From Methanobacteriota archaeon (GTDB taxonomy: Archaea > Thermoplasmatota > E2 > DHVEG-1), in contig CAVYNH010000005.1 of the NCBI GenBank assembly GCA_963769885.1, positions 96,001 through 160,000 of the forward strand: 64,000 bases of DNA, written 5' to 3'. The position numbers and the translations under genes are program-made. Positions 1 to 8,253 of the stretch are shown piece by piece. Each line of letters begins with the position of its first letter. The first letter of the stretch is position 1. The notes beneath the pieces were generated by a model. It worked only from the letters and a program-made list of their open reading frames with translations, made no database searches and was not told where the DNA came from.

Positions 1-1678
1 CGGCGATGATGCTGCCGAACTCCTTGTAGCCGCGGATGTTCTTTTTCTTCATCCATTCGAGGACGAGAATGCGGTTCTTCATCTCTCCCTGGAGTTGCTC
101 GTCGGTCCAGTCGTTCCTGAGTTTGAGGTTGTTGAGGATCTTGCTGGAGCCGCTGGCTTCGAAACGGTCGTCGAGTTTGGAAATCCAGGTAAAGGGGGCC
201 ATGAAGATGAGTTGGTTGGTGTCGCTGTCGAGTTTGATGATTTCGGTGACGCTGGTTATGCGTCGGACCATCTTGCCGCCGATGTCGACAGCGTTCTGGA
301 AGACGATGACGTCAAGGGAGGTCAGAAGCGCGCGTGGCAACTCGATTGGTGGGTTCTCGAGACGCTGGATGAGGGTGTGGATGGTGCTGGCATGGACGGT
401 GGCGTACGCGGTGTGCCCGGTGGCCATCGCCTGGAAGAGGCTGTAGGCTTCCTTACCTCGGACCTCACCGACGATGATGACGCGCGGGCGCTGACGCAAC
501 GCCGCTCGGATGAGGTCGAACATGTCGATGTCTTTGCCGGTCTTGCTTTCGTCGCTCGCCGCGAAACCACGGCGGGTGGTGCCCGCGATCCAGTTCTTGT
601 GCGGGATGTTGACTTCCCTGGTGTCCTCGATGCTGATGATCTTGTGCGAGGTGGGGATGAAGAGCATGAGGGCGTTCAACGCGGTGGTCTTGCCGGACGC
701 GGTGCCGCCGCAGAAGAGGATGCTGGCGCCGTCCTCTATCGCCATCCAGAAATAGGCGGCCATCTCCGTGGACATGGACTTGAACTGGATGAGGTCTATC
801 GGGGTGAGCGGGGTTTCCTTGAATTTTCTGATGGTGAAGGTGGATCCTTTGGTGACGGTCTTCGCGAGGGTCGCCTGGAGACGGCTGCCGTCGGGAAGTT
901 TGCCGTCGACGATAGGGGAGAAGATGCTGATCTGTTTGCCGCTGATCTGGCAGAGCCTGCCGAGGAAGTTATTGAGTTCGGGTTCGTCGTCGAAGTGGAT
1001 ATTGGTCTCGATAGATTCGTATTTGCGGTGGTGGATGAAGATGGGGGTGTCAGGGCCGTCACAGGAGATGTCTTCGATACCGTCGTCGTGCATGAGGATG
1101 TCGATGCGGCCGTAGCCGAGGAAGTCGCGGAAGATGTGGTAGAAGATGGTGTCGCGGCTTTTTTCTTCGAAGACGATGTCGTTGTCTATGATGATGCGCT
1201 CGATAGTTTCGAGGAGGAAGTGTGCTTTTTCTCTGGGGTCCATGTCGAAGGTCTGGATGTCGGCGAGCATCTTGAAGAGGTGGGAGATCTCTTTCTTGGT
1301 TTCTTTCTCCTCGTCGGTGAGTCTGGGTTCCTCGACTTCGTAGCGGTATTCGTTGATGGTGTGGTCGAAGATGACGTGTTGCTTGCCGAGTTTCTTGTAG
1401 CCGAAGCCGTCCTGGGTCTCGATGACTTCGATGTTCGGGACGGCGGTGTCGGTGGTGGTCTCCCTTGCTTTTTTGGTGCGGGCGCGGGCGAGGAGGCTAA
1501 CCTGCTCTTCGCCGCTTGGTTTTGGTTTGCGTTGTGTCTTGGGTTTGGGGGGTGCGTCGATGAGTCGGTAGGGTTTGTTGTCTGGGGCGAGGGGTTCTTT
1601 GGGTTTGGGCGTCTCTGGCTCGTCTTTGTGTTCTTGGAGGACTGGTTTGCTTTTTTGGGCTTTTTCGAGGAGACCCAT
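1..1678 (-). CDS. Type II/IV secretion system ATPase (FlaI/VirB11/TadA family), 3' end truncated by window edge
   Basis: Not in the ORF track. Manual minus-strand translation from ATG at 1678 (MGLLEKAQK...) gives LGYGRIDILMHDDGIEDISCDG, GKLPDGSRLQ, FTIRKF, Walker A GGTASGKTT, ISIEDTRE, ALRQRPRVIIVGEVRGKEA and AMATGH. The frame is open to position 1. Confidence 0.93.
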   Translation of the reverse strand, partial: MGLLEKAQKSKPVLQEHKDEPETPKPKEPLAPDNKPYRLIDAPPKPKTQRKPKPSGEEQVSLLARARTKKARETTTDTAVPNIEVIETQDGFGYKKLGKQHVIFDHTINEYRYEVEEPRLTDEEKETKKEISHLFKMLADIQTFDMDPREKAHFLLETIERIIIDNDIVFEEKSRDTIFYHIFRDFLGYGRIDILMHDDGIEDISCDGPDTPIFIHHRKYESIETNIHFDDEPELNNFLGRLCQISGKQISIFSPIVDGKLPDGSRLQATLAKTVTKGSTFTIRKFKETPLTPIDLIQFKSMSTEMAAYFWMAIEDGASILFCGGTASGKTTALNALMLFIPTSHKIISIEDTREVNIPHKNWIAGTTRRGFAASDESKTGKDIDMFDLIRAALRQRPRVIIVGEVRGKEAYSLFQAMATGHTAYATVHASTIHTLIQRLENPPIELPRALLTSLDVIVFQNAVDIGGKMVRRITSVTEIIKLDSDTNQLIFMAPFTWISKLDDRFEASGSSKILNNLKLRNDWTDEQLQGEMKNRILVLEWMKKKNIRGYKEFGSIIA

Positions 1679-1684
1679 GGCTGC

Positions 1685-3073
1685 TCACTTTAGATGGTAT
1701 TTGGTCATGATCTTTTCGTAGAGTTCGAAGTCCTGGCTGTTCGCGAAGCGTTCGATGACGTCGTCGGGGAGTTGGCCGAGGAGCTTGTCGGTGAGTTGGA
1801 GGAATCGGAGGAGGTCGTCAAGGTCCGGCGTCGTGGTGGCGGGGGTATCGTGGTGGAAGTGAGAGGGTGTGGTGGTCTTTTTGGCGTGTTTTGCTGGTTT
1901 GGATTTTTTCATTTGTCTTGCCATTTTGGTCTTGAGTCTGTCTTTTTTGCGTTGTTCTTTGAGGAGGAGTTTTTCGTGTTGTTTTTGTTTCTTTGTCTCG
2001 AGTTTGGCTTTTTTGGCCTCGAGTTTCAGCTGTTTCTTTGTGAGTCTATCGGTGGCGGGGCCGATTGGTTCGTCCGGGATCTCGGGTTCGGGAGGCTCGT
2101 CGTCATCGTCGGCGGTAGTCGCTGCGGGTTTTTTGGGTGGTGTTTGTGGTTTGGCGCGGTGAAAGAGGGACAGTTTGGGTTTGGTTGGGGTTTCTTTCGG
2201 GGCCTCGGTTTTCTTCTGTTTTTTCTTTTGTTCTTTTTCCTCTTTTTCTTTTTGACGTTGGGCCTCGGCCTCGGCTTTTTCTTGGCGTCGGCGTTGTTCG
2301 GCCTCGTCGTGTTCGCGCTGTTTTTTTTCTTTAGCGACTTGTTCTTGGCGGTGTCGTTCTTCTTCCTGTTCGTGTTGCTTAATCTGTTGGATGCGGTCGG
2401 TGAGGTCGGGGATGTACTCAACGTCTTTGTCCTTGGTCTTTGCCTGAAGAGTGTATAATTGGGAACGGTCCATTGCAGGTTCTTGAGTATCAGCCATGGC
2501 GGAGAGGAAGGCGATGTCGTCATGAACGTGACGTGGGGTCGCGAAGTCGTCGTCATCCGATTCCTCGGGGATCCTCATGAGGCTTGGTTTTTCTCTGAGG
2601 TCGTTGAGATCGATGATTTCGACCTTGTTGGCATCGTGTCGGTGTGGGGTGACAAAGTCTTCGACGGAGTCAAGGGAGGTGATGAACCGGAAGCTGGGGT
2701 TGGTGCTGAGGGGGAAGTCGGTCTTGAACTCCTCGGGGATTGGGTGCGGGCGGGTGAGCGGCGACAGGGGGGCGTCGAAGGTGACCTCCTCGTGGCCGGG
2801 ATACCGTGCGAACGGGGCCCGGTCTTCGACAGGCGGCGGCGTGCGGTTGAGTTGTGGTTGAACTATCGGGGGGGCGGGTTGCCGTGGTTTTGAGTCTTTG
2901 AGGAGTTCGTCGATTTTCTTGACGATCTCGAGGTGGAAGTCAACGTTGGTGGTTGGTTCTTGCTTTGCAGGGATTTTCTTAAGGATCAGTGAAGCAGTTG
3001 ACAGGAAAAACAGGGATAAGCTAGCCTTCTCTCTCCTCTTTTCAGTAGTCTGCATGTGATGTTCCCATCCCAT
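1685..3073 (-). CDS. Hypothetical charged low-complexity protein with a compact C-terminal helical domain, probably co-transcribed with the ATPase
   Basis: 462-aa ORF ending 6 nt before the ATPase start. It has K/E/Q/P-rich linkers and the C-terminus LDDLLRFLQLTDKLLGQLPDDVIERFANSQDFELYEKIM. The start is uncertain. Confidence 0.75.
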   Translation of the reverse strand: MGWEHHMQTTEKRREKASLSLFFLSTASLILKKIPAKQEPTTNVDFHLEIVKKIDELLKDSKPRQPAPPIVQPQLNRTPPPVEDRAPFARYPGHEEVTFDAPLSPLTRPHPIPEEFKTDFPLSTNPSFRFITSLDSVEDFVTPHRHDANKVEIIDLNDLREKPSLMRIPEESDDDDFATPRHVHDDIAFLSAMADTQEPAMDRSQLYTLQAKTKDKDVEYIPDLTDRIQQIKQHEQEEERHRQEQVAKEKKQREHDEAEQRRRQEKAEAEAQRQKEKEEKEQKKKQKKTEAPKETPTKPKLSLFHRAKPQTPPKKPAATTADDDDEPPEPEIPDEPIGPATDRLTKKQLKLEAKKAKLETKKQKQHEKLLLKEQRKKDRLKTKMARQMKKSKPAKHAKKTTTPSHFHHDTPATTTPDLDDLLRFLQLTDKLLGQLPDDVIERFANSQDFELYEKIMTKYHLK

Positions 3074-3468
3074 CTCTCATTCTTGGTGTACTAGAATGCA
3101 CTTCTAATTATTTTGTACAGCTATTGCATCCCAGGACGTTGCCGTAGGTCGGTAACGGCCTATTTTTTAATAAAGATTTCTGTGGGGTAGGGGATAAAAA
3201 TGTTCGGCGGTGGTTTTTCGGAATCAGCGGTTTACCGATTCGGGTGTGGTTGGTGGTTTGTGAGTTTACCAGGGAAGGTATTAATAGGATGCCAGGGAAA
3301 ACATATCTTCATTGGCATGATATGCCATTTCACGGTATGCGGGAGGTTCCTTTAAGTACATACTGTGGTGTAAGGGGCGATTTCACAAACCTTAAATACC
3401 GAGCATGGCATTTCACAGCCAAGTTTACAGCTGAAGCCCGCATCGTCTGGGCATAAGGCTAGGAGAGA

Positions 3469-3921
3469 ATGGGAAACATGAAAGCAAATCGTAAGTTTAA
3501 GCAAGAGCAGGAAGCAGTCTCCGCTGTTATTGGTGTCATCCTCATGGTCGCCATAACAGTCGCGATCGCAGCAACCGTGTACGTCTATGTCAGTGGAATG
3601 ATTGGAACAGGCACACAATCAACACCTTCCATTAGCATGACTGCAAGCCCCGTAGCAGGCGGAGGTGTTTGTTCAGTCACGATTGCCACTGCGTCTTCAC
3701 CCAACATCAACTGGACTAGCTCTGTCACTGCGAACCTCAACTGTATTACAAATGCTACAAAAATGTCTGCTGGTCATTTAGGGTCATTACCCACCGGAAT
3801 GGTGGCTGGCGGAGATCTTCTTTCAATGATTGGCCTGACCGCAGGTAACCAATATTCCTTAACTTTAACCTATAAACCGACCGGCGGAACAATGGGAACA
3901 GTGACCTGGAGCCAGGTCTAA
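3469..3921 (+). CDS. Archaeal type IV pilin (DUF1628/Pilin_N)
   Basis: Class III signal ...KQEQEA|VSAVIGVILMVAITVAIAATVYVYV followed by a S/T/G-rich globular domain. The start may be 3478. Confidence 0.92.
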   Translation: MGNMKANRKFKQEQEAVSAVIGVILMVAITVAIAATVYVYVSGMIGTGTQSTPSISMTASPVAGGGVCSVTIATASSPNINWTSSVTANLNCITNATKMSAGHLGSLPTGMVAGGDLLSMIGLTAGNQYSLTLTYKPTGGTMGTVTWSQV

Positions 3922-3924
3922 ACC

Positions 3925-3973
3925 TTCCCTTTTTTTATCTTTTTTTTATTTTTCTTTTTTCTATCTTCTTTTC
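3925..3973 (+). terminator. Oligo-T archaeal terminator after pilin 1
   Basis: Several T7-T9 runs directly after the stop codon. Confidence 0.6.
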
Positions 3974-4093
3974 GTTTATCGTCTCATAGCAGCCGTAATC
4001 AATTTTACTGTCAAATGCACAATTTGGAAAAAAAATTAATTAACTATTTATAGCGGAAATGAATAAAGAAAACATTGAGTTGGGGTTCGAGAG

Positions 4094-4510
4094 ATGAAAC
4101 AGATTAGAAAAGATTACGAAGCGGTATCAGCAGTTATTGGCGTAATTATAATGGTTGCTGTTGCCGTAGCCATGGCAGCAGTAGCTTATGCATATTTTAC
4201 CGGAATGATCGGCCAACAACAAGAAGTCACTCCAACGTTTAGCTTTAATCCAGATGAAAATTTGAATACATTAACAGTAACTCAGATGGAGAAACCGACG
4301 AATTGGGAACAATTAAAGATCATTGAAAACCAAGGATCAACATCGATTGAAATTCAAAATCAAACAGGCCCAAAAACAGGACCCATTTCGAATGGAGACG
4401 TCGTTCTAATTAACGGTCATGGTTTGTCAGGAACAGTTATGGTCATGGTTGTCTATATACCGACTGGAACCATGGTATATCAAGGGACTTTTGTTGATGT
4501 TACTTCCTAG
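4094..4510 (+). CDS. Archaeal type IV pilin (DUF1628/Pilin_N), second paralog
   Basis: MKQIRKDYEA|VSAVIGVIIMVAVAVAMAAVAYAYF. Shares the GD(L/V) and PTG motifs with pilin 1. Confidence 0.9.
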   Translation: MKQIRKDYEAVSAVIGVIIMVAVAVAMAAVAYAYFTGMIGQQQEVTPTFSFNPDENLNTLTVTQMEKPTNWEQLKIIENQGSTSIEIQNQTGPKTGPISNGDVVLINGHGLSGTVMVMVVYIPTGTMVYQGTFVDVTS

Positions 4511-4826
4511 TCGGAATATACCGATTTAATTAGTCAACAAGATTTTCATTTGAACTTGCTTTTTTCCTTTCCTTAACCTTCTTCCCTATTCACTTAGGGG
4601 AAGTAAATTTCAGGCACAAGCCTAACCTGAAGAGCAGCTCCTATGAAAAAAAGGCTCCCGTTCGCCTCACGAACCTTGATCACCGTGAGCCCGAACTCGG
4701 GGACCCTGATACCACGTTGCAGAAAAAATCCTGCTTTACGCAAATTACCAAACCGTACAAAACACCAACACCGAAATAAAACCAGGACAAACCATAAAAA
4801 CCAGATCGAGGAAAGTACAGGTACGT

Positions 4827-5063
4827 ATGGTAACGGAGTGCGAGAACTGCAAAAACCTCATGGTGAAACCCTGGAAACCGATGACAAGCGAGGATCAACA
4901 CAAAAAACTAGACACTCTTGACAACTGCAGGTTCGGCCACAAGCAGGTACGACTGGACTTCGCAATCATCTATCCCGGCGACTGCCCAGACTTTACCTCA
5001 AAAAACACCCACATGAAAACACCATCCCAAATCTTCAACACCATGCAACTCCTTATTCTCTAA
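4827..5063 (+). CDS. Small Cys-containing hypothetical protein (possibly metal-binding)
   Basis: CENC...CRFGH...CPDF spacing. Short ORF with no other support. Confidence 0.4.
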   Translation: MVTECENCKNLMVKPWKPMTSEDQHKKLDTLDNCRFGHKQVRLDFAIIYPGDCPDFTSKNTHMKTPSQIFNTMQLLIL

Positions 5064-5398
5064 ACCAAACCAACCAATCCCCCTCTTCTCAAACATTCTA
5101 CATAGCATCCCTAACCATAATATGTGATCGTCCAACCATAATCGATATCTTAATAAAAGCCGTCCTGTTCCAGGGGCGCAATGCGCTTCACCCTCAAACC
5201 CGACGAAATCAATACGCAGACCACCGGCGTCACCATCATCATCCACTCGGCACACTAACATCGAAGGATACCGCAGTCTCAGCTCTTTTTAACCACGATA
5301 AAATGCAATCAAATGCCGTGAATTAACATACCAAGCAACTGAGCATCCATCATTCCAACATGCCTATTCATCAACCCATCCGTTTCTCTTAAAAAAGA

Positions 5399-6049
5399 TT
5401 AGGCATTGAACACCAGAGACTCCCCTTCACCGACTACCTCAACCTTCCCATCCCTGACCTTGACCGCCGACTGATCATCCAAAGCGTATATCGGCTCCTT
5501 TACTTGCCTCGCCATCTTCTCCAGGCTCTCCCGCCGCACACTCGGGAAATACGGCGAATTCAGATGCGGCCGGACATGAAACCGCACAAACCCAAGCGGT
5601 CGCTCATGCTCGTACCCCATCGGCTCAGAACACGTCATCCGCAGACTATGCGTCGCCACGATACTCCCCGCACTCGTCCCCACATACACCCGACTCCTCA
5701 ATAACTCAGGTAACAACCCCGCCAACCCAGACGTATTCAACCAATGCATCAAAAAATACGTATTCCCGCCCCCAATCATCACCACATCCGATTCCCGAAT
5801 ACGCGGTTCCCACACCGACCGCGGCACCGCCGCCACATCCACAATATCCATTGACGCCAACCCCAACCCCCGACACTGCACTAGATCCTGAATCAACCAC
5901 CACTTATCCCCCGGCTCCACATCCGCCGCCGTCGGCACAAACACCATCCGCACCTCCCCAAACGGCCTCCCCACTAACTCCAACAACGCCTTCGCGATTG
6001 ACTTGTTCGCAATCCCCGACGACGTCAACAACAACCGCACGATACTCAC
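5399..6049 (-). CDS. Peptidase E (S51) / class I glutamine amidotransferase-like protein
   Basis: LLLTSSG, FVPTAA, IGGGNT, YVGTSAGS nucleophile elbow, RPH, YALDD. Confidence 0.88.
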   Translation of the reverse strand: MSIVRLLLTSSGIANKSIAKALLELVGRPFGEVRMVFVPTAADVEPGDKWWLIQDLVQCRGLGLASMDIVDVAAVPRSVWEPRIRESDVVMIGGGNTYFLMHWLNTSGLAGLLPELLRSRVYVGTSAGSIVATHSLRMTCSEPMGYEHERPLGFVRFHVRPHLNSPYFPSVRRESLEKMARQVKEPIYALDDQSAVKVRDGKVEVVGEGESLVFNA

Positions 6050-7023
6050 GCCCTCGACAAGAACCCAAGCACCATCTTCACCAACTCATCGGTCTGCCCC
6101 TTCGGCACCACCGCCCCCATCACCTCAGCCTTCCCCCCGCACCGACACCCCGTCGCCCGCCCCTGTTCAATCAACGGCTGCAAATTCTTAGTACTCCGAA
6201 CATACACCTGATCGCAATCTTGGAAAAACCCGGTGTTTACCGTCACCGTATCCTGCTTTGTCTCCCAAAACACCTTCCGGGTCACCGTCGAAATAATATT
6301 GCACTTCGTTCGCATCCGCTTCACACACACCCCACCCACCTCCTCTCCCGGCATCTCTACCCACCGCCGGATCTCTTCCTCAAGGAACGCCAAGTTCTTC
6401 TTCCACCTCACATTCCCCAGGATCTCCTTCGGATCGGAACTGCGCAACAACAGCCGCGGTGCATCCATCACCGCCTTTCGATTCCCCACCTTATAACTCG
6501 AATCCAACAGATACACCATCGCCAACAACTCCTTCATCGTCAGCTGATGCTGTAGACAAAAACTATACAGGATCCCCGCAAACTCCTTGTTCGCCTCAAT
6601 CCGCTCCTCATGATCCCCCACCACCCCCAACACAGCAAACAAGTTCACCGGATTCCCAAAAAAGGTGTTGATGATCCAGCTCGCCGACGGAAACTTCTCC
6701 GCCGGCTCCCCCCGACTGACCGGATTCTCATGGGTTACTCCAGCAATTAACGGCTGCAGATGATGATCGAAGATAAACACCTGAGCCGATGCGGCCAGCC
6801 GTCGGATGTTCTCCTCCGGCAATGCCATATCCGCCACCACTACAAACTCATACTCGGAGTACGCCGCAAGCTCCTCCTCCGTCAAAAAATAATTCCCAAG
6901 GGCCGGCGTCTTGTTGACGACATGCTCACCAAGCCGCTGCAACAACAGGACCGCTGAACAGATCCCGTCCGTATCCCAATGATGAATCAGCAGCCCCCGC
7001 TTCCCTCGCAATTCTTCAAACAT
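6046..7023 (-). CDS. DHH-family phosphoesterase
   Basis: HHWDTDG, VVADM, IFDHH and C-terminal GG motif. Start moved to the ATG at 7023 to avoid overlap with the divergent gene. Confidence 0.85.
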   Translation of the reverse strand: MFEELRGKRGLLIHHWDTDGICSAVLLLQRLGEHVVNKTPALGNYFLTEEELAAYSEYEFVVVADMALPEENIRRLAASAQVFIFDHHLQPLIAGVTHENPVSRGEPAEKFPSASWIINTFFGNPVNLFAVLGVVGDHEERIEANKEFAGILYSFCLQHQLTMKELLAMVYLLDSSYKVGNRKAVMDAPRLLLRSSDPKEILGNVRWKKNLAFLEEEIRRWVEMPGEEVGGVCVKRMRTKCNIISTVTRKVFWETKQDTVTVNTGFFQDCDQVYVRSTKNLQPLIEQGRATGCRCGGKAEVMGAVVPKGQTDELVKMVLGFLSRA

Positions 7024-7123
7024 ACGAAAGACCTGACCAAATCGTACTTTCGTGACCGTTCCTGGTAAGAAACCAACATTCCTTAATATTACCTCCGCGA
7101 TATCCACTGTAGGGATACCTCAT

Positions 7124-7840
7124 ATGGAGATGTGGATGCTCGATGGAATCAGGCTTATTCTCGGAACCATCATCCTCCTCTACGCCTCCTACACCGACAT
7201 CAAGACACGGCACGCCTCCAACATCCTCTGGATCGTCATGGGCACCACCGGCGTCATCCTTCTCGCCATCCAATACTTCTTCTTCGGCTTCTCCAACTTT
7301 TGGTACCTCGTCTTCATCCCTATCATCATCGCCCTCATGTACGCCCTCTTCCAGATGCGCCTCATCTTCGGCGGCGCCGACGCCAAAGCCATGATGGCCC
7401 TCGCCGTCCTCGTCCCAATCGAACCGAAACTGAACAGCATTCCTCTCTTATGGACACCAATCTCAATGCCCTGGTCCTGGGTCATCTTCGCCAACGCCGT
7501 CCTCCTCTTCCTCATCATCCCCCTCAGCCTCATCATCTACAACGCCGCCAAACACAACCTCAAAATGCCCTACGCCTTCCTCGGCTACAAGATGAACATC
7601 CAAAAAGCCAAGACCAAGTTCGTCTGGCCCCTAGAAAAACTCGTCGACGGCAAACGCAAATTCTCCCGCATCCCCGACGAATTCGACGAAACCAGCCACC
7701 TCAAAGCCTTCGAAGACGCAGGCATCGACGAGATCTGGGTCACCCCCAAAATCCCCTTCATGGTCCCCCTTCTCGCCGGCTTCCTCACCGCCTTTTTCCT
7801 TGGCGACCTCATCAGTGCCTTCTTGCAAGCCATCCTCTAA
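7124..7840 (+). CDS. Prepilin/prearchaellin peptidase (A24B, FlaK/PibD type)
   Basis: ASYTDIKTR, FGGADAKA (GxGD-type aspartates), C-terminal IWVTPKIPFMVPL, multi-TM. Start set at the internal ATG 7124. Confidence 0.93.
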   Translation: MEMWMLDGIRLILGTIILLYASYTDIKTRHASNILWIVMGTTGVILLAIQYFFFGFSNFWYLVFIPIIIALMYALFQMRLIFGGADAKAMMALAVLVPIEPKLNSIPLLWTPISMPWSWVIFANAVLLFLIIPLSLIIYNAAKHNLKMPYAFLGYKMNIQKAKTKFVWPLEKLVDGKRKFSRIPDEFDETSHLKAFEDAGIDEIWVTPKIPFMVPLLAGFLTAFFLGDLISAFLQAIL

Positions 7841-7896
7841 ACAAAAGGATAAATCAAACAACACCATATATGAACAATCCCCCCGAGGTATAACCC

Positions 7897-8217
7897 ATGG
7901 GCTCACTCTACACCGCGGAATTCATTAACAAAGGAAGTCACCCCGTCTCCGGCTACTATGCCCTCCACGTCCTCAACGAACCCGACAAGCACCACGACTT
8001 CCACATTGAGCCCGGCAAGAAACTGCAGCTCAGCCTCGACTTCAGCGGCTTCTTCTACTGCGCCTTCTCCATCAACGAAGACGGCGGCAACCGCAAAACC
8101 CACTACCTCGAAATCCGCTCCACCGCCGACTTCCTCCTCCTCGAACAATTCCTCGTCAAAAACTACCACCTCGAACTCCAGAACGCCAGACCAGACTACC
8201 GAGAATTCCTCGAATAA
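7897..8217 (+). CDS. Hypothetical protein
   Basis: 106-aa ORF with a GAGGT RBS upstream and C-ending codons like its neighbours. Confidence 0.65.
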   Translation: MGSLYTAEFINKGSHPVSGYYALHVLNEPDKHHDFHIEPGKKLQLSLDFSGFFYCAFSINEDGGNRKTHYLEIRSTADFLLLEQFLVKNYHLELQNARPDYREFLE

Positions 8218-8253
8218 TCTAGAATTCTAAGAAAAAAAAGAAAGGGAGGCTGG

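Noticed and set aside
95-2893. Long + strand ORFs (532, 254 and 144 aa), and similar V/G/D/E- or S/P/T-rich ORFs throughout the window (for example 17140-18789, 14593-15849, 47519-48511, 55129-58029)
   Set aside because: These are antisense or alternate-frame shadows of well-supported genes, kept open by extreme third-position bias. They have no motifs of their own.
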